A stretch of 62,287 bases of DNA, filler included, from Chiloscyllium plagiosum (Eukaryota), in assembly GCF_004010195.1 (NCBI RefSeq). It is 3 parts of one record of this genome, joined end to end, with 100 filler letters (N's around TTAATTAATTAA, not from the genome) between each part and the next. Parts side by side here need not be neighbours in the genome. Positions count along the whole stretch, not along the records: positions 1 to 26,598 come from NC_057716.1; positions 26,699 to 48,583 come from NC_057716.1; 1 more part is not named here. One strand, written 5' to 3'. Made by a program: the position numbers and the translations under genes. Below, piece after piece: positions 23,591-36,400 of the stretch. Numbering within the stretch: position 1 is the first letter of the stretch; every line of letters begins with the position of its first letter. The notes under the pieces are model-generated. The model was given only the letters and a program-made list of their open reading frames with translations, was not told where the DNA came from and searched no databases.

Positions 23591-24344
23591 CTAAGGAGGA
23601 ATAAAAAGCAAGGTGGAAATAGTTCACTTTGCATTTGGTGGTGATGTGCATCCAGACAAGAATGTGGTGGGAGTGCACAGACAGCTGTCCATCAACATCA
23701 CCCTTCCAAGGCTGCACTGCCCTGATTACCTGGGCACAGCAATACCTTACAGACCAAATACAACAACACCTGCATGATATAGTCTATTTAACGTAATAAC
23801 ATTCTCCAAAGTGCTTTACAAGAGCATTATCAAAGAAAACGTTTCACTGTGACACATAAGATCAGATGATCAACAGGTTCAGGGAGGCAATTCCAGAATT
23901 TAGACCCAGTAGCTAGGGAACAGTTGCCAATGATGATGATTAAAATTGGGAATGCGTAATAGTCCAGAACCAAAGGAGCACAGAGATCTCAGAGATTAGA
24001 GAAATAGGAAGGAGGGATTTGAACACAAGGAGAATTTTAAAATCAATGTAGGAAATAAGACCTGTGTGTTGTTGAAATTAGGACATGAGATTTGAATCAA
24101 CCAAGTTTATGGAGGGCAGATGCTGGGAGTATACGGAATTGTTTAGTTCAGTTGGCCAGTCAATCAGCGTATAGCTTAGAATAATACCTACAGCACAGGC
24201 TTGATTCCTCACTCACCACCTTACTCTGAGATTGGTCAGCAATGCTATACCACCACTGACAAACCTGCCAGGATCAGCTCAGGATGGAGATTGGTACTCA
24301 GTAAGGATTTGTCTTTGGGCAAAGTATATGGTGAATGGAAAGAT

Positions 24345-25080
24345 ACAAAGAACAGTACAGCACAGGAACAGGTCCCTCTGCTCACCAAAACTGTGCCGAC
24401 ATATTGTGCCTTTCTAAACTAAAAGCCATTTCCCTCTCCATGATCTGAATCCCTCTATTCCCCATTTATTCATGTATCTACCTCTACAACATCCTCTGGC
24501 AACACATTCCAGGCACCTCCCACTGTCTGTGTGAAAAACCTGCCTCTCACATCTCCTTTAAACTTACCCCCTTTTACCTTCAACCTATGTCCCTGAGTAA
24601 TTGACATTTCTCCCCTGGGAAAAAGACTCAGACTATCCATTCTATCCAAGCATCTCATAATTTTGTAAACTTCTATCAGTCGCCCCTCATCCTTTGATGT
24701 TCAAATAAAAACAATCCAAGCTTGTCCAATCTCTCCTCAAGGCTAATACCCTCCAAACCAGGACACATCCTGGTAAACTGTTCCTGTATCTTCTCCAAAG
24801 CCTCCACATCCTTCCGGTAGTGTGGCAACTGGAACTGCACACAATATTCCAAATGTGGCCTGACTATAATTCTATACAACTCCAACTCAACTTGCCAATT
24901 TTTATACTCTGTTCCCTAACCGATGAAGGCAAGCATGTCATATGCCACCTTGACCACCTTATCCAGTTGTGTTGCCACTTTCAGGAAACTATGGACCTGT
25001 TCCCCGAGATCCCTCGGTATGTTGATGGTACTAAGGGTCCTGCCATTAACTGTTGACTTCACCCCTGCATTAGACCTTCC
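24345..25080 (-). mobile_element. CR1 LINE 3' end
   Basis: [10 protein letters not shown] and GRFFTQTVGGAWN. Confidence 0.88.
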
Positions 25081-25483
25081 AAGGGCAACTAGGGATTAGC
25101 AATAAATACTGACCAGCCAGAGACACACACGTTCCACACGAGAATTAAAATACTAGAGAGAGAGGCACAGAACTACAAAGAGAGACAGAAATATAGGGTG
25201 ACACAGACACAGAGACACACGAAGATACAGTCAATGAGACAGAAACACAGAGACTTTTGTTGGTACCGACCCAATGAGTCAAAGGTCCTTTTCTGTACTG
25301 TGTGCTTCTATGATTCTATTTGTATACAAACAGTCAGGGATAGTGAGAGAAACAGAAACACAGCAGATTATAGAAACACAGAGAGAGACATAGATATAGG
25401 GAGACACAGGGGAACTCAGATGGATATCTCCACCAGAGTATTTCCAATCGCTAACTCCTGTGATTTCCCGTCAATTTCCCATG

Positions 25484-26598
25484 TCATAGAACATAGAACA
25501 ATACAGCACAGAACAGGCCCTTTGGCCCACGATGTTGTGCCGAACATTTGTCCTAGCTTAAGCACCCATCCATGTACCTATCCAATTGCCACTTAAAGGT
25601 CACCAATGATTCTGACTCTGCCACTCCCACAGGCAGCGCATTCCATGCCCCCATCACTCTCTGGGTAAAGAACCTACCCTTGACATCTCCCCTATATCTT
25701 CCACCCTTCACCTTAAATTTATGTCCCCTTGTAACACTCTGTTGTACCCAGGGTAAAAGTTTCTGATTGTCTACTCTATCTATTCCCCTGATCATCTTAT
25801 ACACCTCTATCAAGTCACCCCTCATAATTCTCCGTTCCAATGAGAAAAGGCCTAACACTCTCAACCTATCCTCGTACAACCTATTCTCCATTCCAGGCAA
25901 CATCCTGGTAAATCTTCTCTGCACCCTCTCCAAAGCTTCCACATCTTTCCTAAAGTGAGGCGACCAGAACTGCACATAGTACTCCAAATGTGGCCAAACC
26001 AAAGTCCTGTACAGCTGTAACATCACTTCACGACTCTTGAATTCAATCCCTCTGCTAATGAACGCTAATACACCATAGGCCTTCTTACAAGCTCTATCCA
26101 CCTGAGTGGCAACTTTCAAAGATCTATGAACATAGACCCCAAGATCCCTCTGCTCCTCCACCTTAGTTGGCGGCACGGTGGCACAGTGGTTAGCACTACT
26201 GCCTCACAGCGCCGGAGACCCGAGTTCAATTGCCGCCTCAGGCGACTGACTGTGTGGAGTTTGCACATTCTCCCCGTGTCTGCGTGGGTTTCCTCCAGGT
26301 GCTCCGGTTTCCTCCCACAGTCCAAAGATGTGCAGGTTAGGTTAATTGGCCATGCTAAATTGCCCGTAGTGTTAGGTGAAGGGGTAAATGTAGGGGTATG
26401 GGTGGGTTGCGCTTCGGCGGGTCGGTGTGGACTTGTTGGGCCGAAGGGCCTGTTTCCACACTGTAATGTAATCTAATCTAAAAAAAATCTAATCTTACTA
26501 GGAACCCTACCGTTAACCCTGTATTCCGAATTCTTATTTGTCTTTCCAAAATGGACAACCTCACACTTGGCAGAGTTGAACTCCATCTGCCACTCCTC
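25484..26598 (-). mobile_element. CR1 LINE 3' region interrupted by HE1 SINE
   Basis: ORF 25553-26176 is the CR1 C-terminus; tail identical in type to 1-110. Confidence 0.92.
26169..26493 (+). mobile_element. Full-length young HE1-type SINE
   Basis: ggcggcacggtggcacagtggttagcact (box A)...gagttcaattgcc (box B), central core, CR1-derived tail and (aatct)n end. Confidence 0.92.
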
Positions 26599-26698
26599 NN
26601 NNNNNNNNNNNNNNNNNNNNNNNNNNNNNNNNNNNNNNNNNNTTAATTAATTAANNNNNNNNNNNNNNNNNNNNNNNNNNNNNNNNNNNNNNNNNNNN
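26599..26698. other. Artificial scaffold spacer
   Basis: N44-TTAATTAATTAA-N44. The 12-mer places stop codons in all six frames. Confidence 0.95.
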
Positions 26699-28225
26699 CT
26701 CCAACTGAGCTCGATCCACTCCTCTCCCTCTCCAACTGTGTTCGATCAACTCCTCTCCCTCTCCAACTGAGTTCGATCCACTCCTCTCCCTCTCCAATTG
26801 GGCTCGATCCACTCCTCTCCCTCTCCAACTGAGCTCGATCCACTCCTCTCCCTCTCCAACTGAGCTCGATCCACTCCACTCCCTCTCCAACTGAGTTCGA
26901 TCCGCTCCTCTCCCTCTCCAACTGAGCTCGATCTGCTCCTCTCCCTCTCCAACTGAGTTCGATCCGCTCCTCTCCCTCTCCAACTGAGCTCGATCAACTC
27001 CTCGCCCTCTCCAACTGGGCTTGATCAACTCCTCGCCCTCTCCAACTGGGCTCGATCCACTCCTCTCCCTCTCCAACTGGGCTCAATCCACTCCTCTCCA
27101 ACTGAGTTCGATCTGCTCCTCTCCCTCTCCAACTGAGCTCGATCCACTCCTCTCCCTCTCCAACTGGGCTCGATCCACTCCTCTCCCTCTCCAACTGAGT
27201 TCGATCCGCTCCTCTCCCTCTCCAACTGAGTTCGATCCACTCCTCTCCCTCTCCAACTGAGCTCGATCCACTCCTCTCCCTCTCCAATTGGGCTCGATCC
27301 ACTCCTCTCCCTCTCCAACTGGGTTCGATCTGCTCCTCTCCCTCTCCAGCTGGGTTCGATCAACTCCTCTCCCTCTCCAACTGAGTTCGATCCGCTCCTC
27401 TCCCTCTCCAACTGGGCTCGATCCACTCCTCTCCCTCTTCAACTGGGCTCAATCCACTCCTCTCCCTCTCCAACTGAGCTCGATCTGCTCCTCTCCCTCT
27501 CCAACTGAGCTCGATCCGCTCCTCTCCCTCTCCAACTGAGTTCGATCCACTCCTCTCCCTCTCCAACTGGGCTCAATCCACTCCTCTCCCTCTCCAATTG
27601 GGCTCGATCAACTCCTCTCCCTCTCCAACTGGGCTTGATCAACTCCTCTCCCTCTCCAACTGGGCTCGATCCACTCCTCTCTCTCTCCAACTGCGTTCGA
27701 TCCACTCCTCTCCCTCTCCAACTGGGCTTGATCAACTCCTCTCCCTCTCCAACTGGGCTCAATCCACTCCTCTCCCTCACCAACTGAGTTCGATCCGCTC
27801 CTCTCCCTCTCCAACTGAGTTCGATCGGCTCCTCTCCCTCTCCAACTGAGTTCGATCTGCTCCTCTCCCTCTCCAACTGAGTTCGATCCGCTCCTCTCCC
27901 TCTCCCACTGAGTTCGATCTGCTCCTCTCCCTCTCCAACTGGGCTCGATCCACTCCTCTCCCTCTCCAACTGAGTTCTATCTGCTCCTCTCCATCTCCAA
28001 TTGGGCTCAATCCACTCCTCCCCCTCTCCAACTGGGCTCGATCCACTCCTCTCCCTCTCCAACTGAGTTCGATCCGCTCCTCTCCCTCTCCAACTGGGTT
28101 CGATCCACTCCTCTCCCTCTCCAACTGAGTTCGATCTGCTCCTCTCCCTCTCCAACTGAGCTCGATCCACTCCTCTCCCTGTCCAAGTGAGTTCGATCTG
28201 CTCCTCTCCTTCTGCAACTGAGCTC
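26699..28225. repeat. 31-bp pyrimidine-rich tandem satellite (about 49 units)
   Basis: Unit ctccaactg(a/g)g(c/t)tcgatc(c/a/t)(a/g)ctcctctccct, continuous from the spacer to the CR1 at 28226. Confidence 0.97.
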
Positions 28226-28977
28226 CTTCTGGGTACAATGGACCTGCACTCCCAGATCTCTCTGCCAATCAACTTTCCCCAAGGCTCTTCCATTCATTGT
28301 ATAATTCGCTCTAGAATTAGACTTTACTAAATGCATCACCTCACAATTGTCTGGATTGAACTCCATCTGCCACTTTTCCATCCAACTCTCCAGTCTATAT
28401 TCTCCTGTATTCTTTGACAGTCCCTTATGCTTTCTGCTACTCCAATCTTTGTGTCATCTGCAAACTTGCTGATCAGACCAACAGTGCCCTCTTCCAGATC
28501 ATTTATGTATATCACAAACAACAGTGGCCCCAATACTGACCCCTGTGGTACACCACTGGTCACCTTTCTCCATTTCAAGAAACTCCCTTCAACTACTACT
28601 CTCTGTCTCCTGTTGCTCAACCAGTTTTTTATCCACCTGCTAGAACACCCTGCAGACCATGTGACTGCACTTTCTCTATTAGTTTACCATGGGGAACCTT
28701 ATCAAACGCCTTACTAAAGTCAATGTGTATGACATCTACAGCCCTTCCTTCATCTACCAACTTGGTCACTCAAAGAACCTATTAAGTTGGTAAGGCACAA
28801 TCTCCCCCACACAAAACCATGTTCCCTATCACTGATAAGCCCATTCTTTTCTAAATATAAATAATTCCAATCCCTCAGTACCTTCTCCAGCAACTTTCCC
28901 ACTACTGACGTCAGGCTCACTGGTCTGTAGTTACCCTGAATAGCCCTACGCCTCTTCTTGTATAAGGGGACAACATG

Positions 28978-29113
28978 GAGAAAGTGAGGACTGCAAATGC
29001 TGGAGATCAGAGCTGAAAAATGTGTTGCTGAAAAAGCGCAGCAGGTCAGGCAGCATCCAAGGAGCAGGAAAATCGACGTTTCGGGCACAAGCCCTTCTTC
29101 AGGAATGAGGAAC
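28978..29113 (-). mobile_element. Single-arm Penelope-derived mini-element inserted in CR1
   Basis: TSD aaggggacaacatg at 28964-28977 and 29114-29127. Hammerhead core on the minus strand. Confidence 0.85.
29075..29102 (-). ncRNA. Minimal type I hammerhead ribozyme motif
   Basis: Minus strand CTGAAGA-A-GGGC ttgt GCCC-GAAA-CGTC. Confidence 0.7.
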
Positions 29114-29699
29114 AAGGGGACAACATGAGCAACCTTCCAGTCTTTTGGCACCTCACCTGTGTTTAACGATGCCACAAAGATATCCGTCAGGGCCCCAGCT
29201 ATTTCCTCTCTCGCCTCCCTCAGCAACCTGGGATAGATCCCATCCGGTCCTGGGGATTTATCCATCTTAATAATCTCTAGCCTACCCAACACATCTTCCA
29301 ATGGTGCTGCTATTACATGATTTTCTTATAACATGGGATCTCACAGGAACAGAACTATCATGTTATGTCAGAACAGACTGTAGTGATGGAAAACGATAGA
29401 CCTGATCTAAAATTTAAGGTCTAAATTGAAAAAGGACAATTTTGACGGTATTCAGCAAGAACTTTCAAAATTTGATTGGGAGCAGATATTTGCAGATGAA
29501 AAGATGGCTAGAAAATGACAAGTCTTCAAAAATGTGATAACGAGAGTCCAGAGACAGTATATTCCTGTTAGTGTGAAGGGCAAGGCTGGTAGGTGTAGAG
29601 AGTGCTGGATGACTAGAGACTATGCGTACGGATGATCTGTTCAGATGAGGAGGAATGTGATGGACCTAATATATTGGTGGGGAGATTTGCTAGAGCTAG

Positions 29700-31305
29700 A
29701 CCTGAAGGTGCTGAAGGACTCCCTCATAAGAACAGGATACGATGTTCTTCTCATCGATCAACGTGCCATAGTGAGAAACCATAATGACAGACATGCCATA
29801 CGACTGATGAAGTACTCCTCGTTGTCCAGTACTTCCCAGGAGCAGAGAAACTACGCCATGTTTTTAACATATAATCAATGAGGATGAGCACCTCGCCAAG
29901 ACCTTCCCCACACTTCCACTTCTCACCTTTAAATAACCACCAAACCTTAAACAGACCTTTGTTCACAGCAAACTGCCCAGCCTTCAGGACAACATTGACC
30001 ACAAAACCATACAGCCCTATCACTGCAAGACATGTCAGAGTATCGACATGGATACTACCATTACACATGGGGACACCACTCACCATGTTTGCTGCAGGTA
30101 CTCTTGTGACTTGGCCAATGTTGTCTATCTCATACACTGTAGGCAAGGATGCCTTAAGACATGGCATATTGACGAGACCAAGCAGACGCTACAACAACAG
30201 ATGAATGGACACCATGCAACAATTGCCAGACAGGGATGTTCTCTCCCATTCGGGGAACACTTCAGCAGTCAGGGACATTCAGCCTTGAATCTTTGGGTGA
30301 CTGTCCTCCAAGGCAGACTTTGCAATATGCAACAATGCAGAGTGGCCAGGCAGAGTCTGATAACCGAGTTCGGTACCCATGAGAATGGTCTCAACCGGGA
30401 CCTTGGGCTCATGTCACACTACAGGTGACAACACAACACTGTACATATACAAACACACACACACACATACATACATATGCTCTCCCTCGGGGCACATACA
30501 CAGAAACACACTGATACCCACACACACACCCTCACACGGGCAAATACTCCATCATACTCACGCACACTGTCTCTCACACACTCTTTCTCCCTCACATGCA
30601 AACACACACATGTATAAGTCTATGGGGTGAATTTGCATTTGCAAAATTATATTTGCAGACACATTCTCTTTCGGTTAAAAAGTACACAATCTATAGGCAG
30701 TCAATCCATGTGACCATATGACACAGACTATATAGCGAAAGATCATAGTGTCATGCAACTGAAATTATATATTAAACAAATCTAGATTGCTGTTAAGTCT
30801 TTCATCTTTTACAATGGGTTGCAAGTTTCGATTCATTAATCCTTACATTCCAGAACTTCTTTTAAGTCACATTCTCAAGATGACTTAAGGTTTTATAAAA
30901 GTGACATCTCAACTTAGACTATGCATTAAAGTTGTGAGGTTAGAGTCTGAATGTATCGTAATCTTGAGTCAGACAGGTTCAATTTCCAAATGGAATTTAC
31001 AAAATATTACATGGACTGACTGCTTGCATTGACTGCGTGCTGATTGTGCACTTTTTGAGCAAAATAGAACGTATCTGCAATATAATTCTGCAAATGCAAT
31101 TCACCCCATAGACTTATATATGTTTGTGCGTGAATAAGAGGTGAGAGGGAGAGAGAGTGTGAGTGTCTGCATGCAAGCGTGAGAGAGTGTGTGTTTGCGT
31201 GTGTGCATGCTTGATGAAGTGTGTGTGAGAGTATGATGGAGTAGTAGCCTGAGAGAAGGTGTGTGCGTGATTGTGAGTGTGGGGAGTGTATGTGGGTATG
31301 CATGA
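29700..31305 (+). mobile_element. Penelope-like element 3' part with inverted terminal segment
   Basis: GIY-YIG remnant ANVVYLIHCRQGCLKTWHIDETKQTL...GEHFS...GLNRD (30048-30428). About 30430-30715 is repeated in inverted orientation at about 31005-31305. Confidence 0.8.
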
Positions 31306-31502
31306 GACTGGCTATTATTTAGCCAGTCCTCTATCCATGCTAGTATAGGGTGGTGGATAGTGTCTACATGGATTTTAGCGAGGCTTTTGACAAGGTCCCT
31401 CATGGCAGGCTGACACATAAGGTGAAGTCACATGGGATCGGCAGTGAACTGGCAAGATAGATACAGAAAACTGACTTGGTCAGACAAGACAGGGGTGCAG
31501 AC

Positions 31503-33385
31503 AGAACATAGAACATTACAGCACAGGACAGGCCCTTCCGCCCTCGATGTTGCACCGACCTGTGGAACCAACCTGAAGTCCACCTATCATACCAGTTTCA
31601 TCCAAATGTCTATTCAATGACCATTTAAATGCCCTTAAAGATGGCAAGTCTACTGCTGTTTCAGGCAGGCCGCCCCTATTACTCTCCTAGTAAAGAAACT
31701 ACTTCTGACATCTTCTCTTATATTTATCCCCCTTCAATTTAAAGCTATGTCATCTCGTGATAGCCATCACCATCCAAGGAAAAAGGCTCTTCCTGTCCAC
31801 CCTATCTAATCCTCTGATTATCTTGGATGTTTAAGTCACCTCTCAACCTTCTCCTTTCTAATGAAAACAGCCTCATGTCCCTCAGCCTTTCCTCGTAAAA
31901 CCTTCCCTCCACACCAAGCAATATCCCAGTAAATCTCCTCTGAACTCTTTCTAAAGCTTCCACATCCTTCCTATAGTGGGGTGACCAGAACTATACACAA
32001 TACTCTTAAGTGCAGCCGCAACAGAGTTTTGTACAGCTGTAACATGACCTCATGATTACGAAACTCAATTCCTCTATCAATAAAAGCTAACACACCGTAT
32101 GCCTTCTTCACAACCCTATCAACCTGGGTGGCAACTTTCAGGGATCTATGTACCTGGACACCGAGATATCTCTCCTCATCTATACTAACAAGTATCTTAC
32201 CATTAGCCCACTACTCTGCATTCCTGTTGCTCCTTCCAAAGTGAATCATGTCACACTTTTCTGCATTAAACTCCATTTACCACCTCTCAGCCCAGCTCTG
32301 CAGCTTATCCATGTCCCTCTGTAACCTGCAACATCATCAGCACTATCCACAACTCCACTGACCTTAGTGTCATCTGCATATTTAATAACCCATCCTTCTA
32401 CTCCCTCATCCAGGTCATTTATAAAAATGGCAAACAGCAGTGGCCCCAAAACAGATCCTTGCAGTACACCACTAGTAACTGAACTCCAGGATGAACATTT
32501 CGCATCAACCACCACCCTCTGTCTTCTTTCAGCTAGCCAATTTCTGATCCAAACTGCTAAGTCACCCTCAATCCCATGCCTCCGTATTCTGTGCAATAGC
32601 CTACCATGGGGAACCTTATCAAGTGCATTACTGAAATCCATATACACCACATCAACTGTTTTACCCTCATCCACCTGTTTGGTCACCATCTCAAAGAACT
32701 CAATAAGGTTTGTGAGAGATGACTTACCCTTCACAAAATCGTGTTGACTATCCCATATCAACTTATTCCTTTCTAGATGATTTTGAATCCTATCTCTTAT
32801 AACCTTTTCCAACACTTTACCCACAATCGAAGTAAGGCCCATTGGTCTATAATTACCAGGGTTGTCTCTACTCCCCTTCTCGAACAAGGGGACAACATTT
32901 ACTATCGTCCAGTCTTCTGGCACTATTCCTGTGGACAATCACGACATAAAGATCAAAGCCAAAGGCTCTGCAATCTCCTCCCTAGCTTCCCAGAGAATCT
33001 TAGGATAAATTCCACCCAGCCCAGGGGACTTATCTATTTTCACACTTTCCAGAATTGCTAACACCTCCTCCTTGCTACCATCAATTCTGTCGAGTCCAGT
33101 AGCCTGCATCTCAATTTTCACCTCGACATCATTGTCTTTTTCTAGTGTGAATACGGACAAAAAGTATTCACTTGGCGCTTCCGCTAACTCCTCAAACTCC
33201 ACGCACAGCTTTCCACTAGCATCCTTGATTGGCTCTAACCTTACTCTAGTCATTCTTTTATTCCTGTTATACCTATCGAATGCTTTAGGGTTTTCCTTGA
33301 TCCTACCTGCTAATGACTTCTCTTGCCCCTTCCTGGCTCTTCTTAGCTCTCTCTTTAGGTCTTTCACTTGCCATATCACTTGCCC
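31503..33385 (-). mobile_element. CR1 LINE ORF2 3' half
   Basis: ORFs 32246-32938 and 32939-33379; tail at about 31505. Confidence 0.92.
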
Positions 33386-33454
33386 TTCACTCCTCTCTAG
33401 AACATCTTGACACCAAGAACAGCTACGTAAGAATCCTACTCATTGACGACAGTT

Positions 33455-36400
33455 CAGTCTTTTTTTTTCTGTTTTTCAGCAGCAGCATCAACTCAAAGGG
33501 CAGGAGCTTGGACCAGCGGTGCCAGGAGCAGTGAGCCATTGATTTGAACCTTTAAAAACTTACCTTGAGCGCGGGAGTCTTCCATCTCTGTTTTTCAGCA
33601 GCAGCAGCAGCAACTCAAAGGGCGGGAGCTTGCACCAGGGGTCTGCTGGGAGTGGTGAGTCACTGACTTGAGCTTTTATATTTGAAATCAGAAAGCAGAG
33701 GTTTCTGAGAAAGGAGAGACTTCTTCTTTATATTTCCATCCAGCTATATAAGTCAGTGTTTTCTCAACCCGAGGTCGTACCTTTGTAGGGCCTCCCACCC
33801 AAACCTCCTCTAGACTTAAAGACCGAGGACACATCAGGTAAGCGTCTCTTCTTTTTTACTTTGTGACGAGGGGACTAGCAGGGATGGCAGTGCAGGGAGA
33901 GCAATGTTCCACTTGCAGGATGTTTGAGGAGAGGGACGCCATTAGTGTCCCATCCAAGAACATCTGCAGGAAGTGCATCCAACTCTCGCTCCTCCAAGAC
34001 CGTGTTAGGGAACTGGAGCGGGAGCTGGATGAACTTCGCATCATTCGGGAGGCAGAGGCTGTGATAGTTAAGAGTTACAGGGAAGTGGTTACTCCGAGGC
34101 ACAAAGAAAGCTGGGTGACCGTTCAAAGGGGGGAAAACACAGTCAGTGGAAGAATCCCCTGTGGTCATTCCCCTGAAAAACACGTGTACCGTTTTGGATA
34201 TTATTGGGGGGTGGGGGGACTTACCAGGGGTATGCAGTGGGGCCCAGGTCTCTGGTGCAGAGCCTGTCCCTGTTGCATAAAAGGGAAGGAGGGAAAGGAG
34301 GAGAGTGTTAGTCATTGAGGAATCAGTAGTTAGAGGCTCAGATAGAAGGTTTGTTGGGAACAAACGAGACTCGCGGTTGGTGTGTTTCCTCCCAGGTGCC
34401 AGGGTCCATGATGTCTTGGATCATATCTTTGGGGTCCTGAAGGGAGAGGGTGACCAGCCTCAAGTCATGGTCCATGTAGGTACCAATGACATAGGTAGAA
34501 AGAGGGATAGGGATGTAATGCAGGATTTTAGGGAAATAGGGTGGAAGCTGAGAGCTAGAACAAACAGAGTTGTTATCTCTGGTTTGTTACCCGTGCCATG
34601 TGATAGCGAGACAAGGATTTGGGAGAGATATCAGCTGAACATGTGACTGCAGGGATGATGCAGGAGGGAGGGTTTCAGGTACTTGGATAATTGGGGTTCA
34701 TTCTGGGGAAGATGGGACCTCTACAAACAGGACGGTCCTCACTTGAACCAGAGGGGTACTAATATCCTGGGTGGGAAATTTGCTGGTGCTATTCGGGTGG
34801 GTTTAAACCAGCTCAGCAGAGGGTTTTTACTTTGTGACTAGAGGACTAGCAGGGATGGCAGTGCAGGGAGAGCAATGTTCCACCTGCAGGATGTTTGAGG
34901 AGAGGGATGCCATTAGTGTCCCATCCAAGAACATCTGCAGGGAGTGCATCCAACTCTCGCTCCTCCAAGACCGAGTTAGGGAACTGGAGCGGGAGCTGGA
35001 TGAACTTCGCATCATTCGGGAGGCAGAGGCTGTGATAGTTAAGAGTTACAGGGAACCTGAGGTGTAGTGGCAGTGCACAGGAGGATGAGAGTAGGGAGTA
35101 CAGGGACAGGATTTCATGGTCACAGGAATATGCTGGCAGACAGCAAGCTGGTTTGAAGTGTGTTTACTTCAACGCCAGAAGTATCCGAAATAAGGTAGGT
35201 GAGCTTGCAGCAAGGATAGGTACCTGCGACTTTGATGTTGTGGCCATTTTGGAGACATGGATAGAGCAGAGTGAGGAATGGATGTTGCAAGTTCCAGAGT
35301 TTAGGTCTTTCCTTAAGAACAGGCAAGGTGACAAAAGAGGGGGAGGTGTGGCCTTGTTAGTCAAGGATAGTATAACGGTGGCTGAAAGAACTTTTGATGA
35401 GGACTCATCTACTGAGGTAGTGTGAGCTGAGGATAGAAACAGGAGAGGAGAGGGCACACTGCTTGCAGTTTTTTCGAGGCCTCCGCAGAGTTCCAGGGAA
35501 ATGGAAGACAGGATTGGCAAAATTATTCTGGGTAGCAGTGAAAGGAACAGGTTGGTCATTATGGGGGACTTTAACTTCTCCAACATTGACTGGAAATGCT
35601 ATACCTCTAGTACGTCAGATGGATCGGTTTTTGTCCAACATATACAGGAGGGTTTTCTGACACAGTATGTCGAAGGGCCGACAAGAGGGGTGGCCCCACT
35701 GGATCTGGTGCTTGGTAATGAACCAGGCCAGGTGTTTGATTTAGTTGTAGGTTTAGCACTTTGGAGAGAGTGACTATAATTCAGTTACGTTTAGTTTAGC
35801 GATGGAAAGAGATAGGTATATGCCACAGATCAAGAGTTATCGATGGGGCAAAGGCAATTATAATGTGATTAGGCAAGAATTAGGGTGCATAGAATGGGGT
35901 AGCAAAATGCATGGGATGCAGACAATGGAAATGTGGAGCTGGTTTAAAGAACAAATATTGCGTGTCCTTGATAGGTATGTCCCTGTGAAGTGATACATGG
36001 TTTACTGCAGAAATTGCTTCTTCTGTTAAGCAGAAGAAGGAGGCTTATGTGCTGATGAGGCAAGATGATTCAAATGAGGCGATGGACAGTTACAGATCAG
36101 CTAAGAAGGATTCAAAGAGAGAGTTATGAAGAGCAAAGAGAGGATGCAAGCAATCTTTTGTAAATTGAATAAAGGAGAACCCTAAAGCTTTCTATAGGTA
36201 TGTGAGGAATAAAAGGATGACTAGGGTAGGTATAGGGCCAGTCAAAAAGTGAAGTGGGAAGTTGAATGTGGACCCTGTAGAGATCGGAGAGGTGCTAAAC
36301 AAACATTTCTCATCTGTTTTCACTCAAGAAAAGGAGAATGTTGTAGAGGAGAAGAATGAGATACGAGATATTAGACTTGAAAGGATCAAGGTTAGTTACG

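Larger units (their letters stand above)
28226..29300 (-). mobile_element. CR1 LINE RT fragment
   Basis: Same subfamily as 2650-3580; [10 protein letters not shown] and KFADDTK. Confidence 0.92.

Noticed and set aside
26169..26240. tRNA gene
   Set aside because: It is the tRNA-derived head of an HE1 SINE, continuing into the SINE core and tail.
26643..26654. TTAATTAATTAA palindrome (also at 48628-48639) as a biological motif
   Set aside because: It is centred in exactly 44+44 Ns twice and gives stops in six frames, so it is an assembly linker.
26643..28293. Long repetitive ORFs (ERERSGSSSVGEGEE...) and CRISPR-like periodicity
   Set aside because: Read-through of a 31-bp tandem satellite; there are no unique spacers and the context is eukaryotic.
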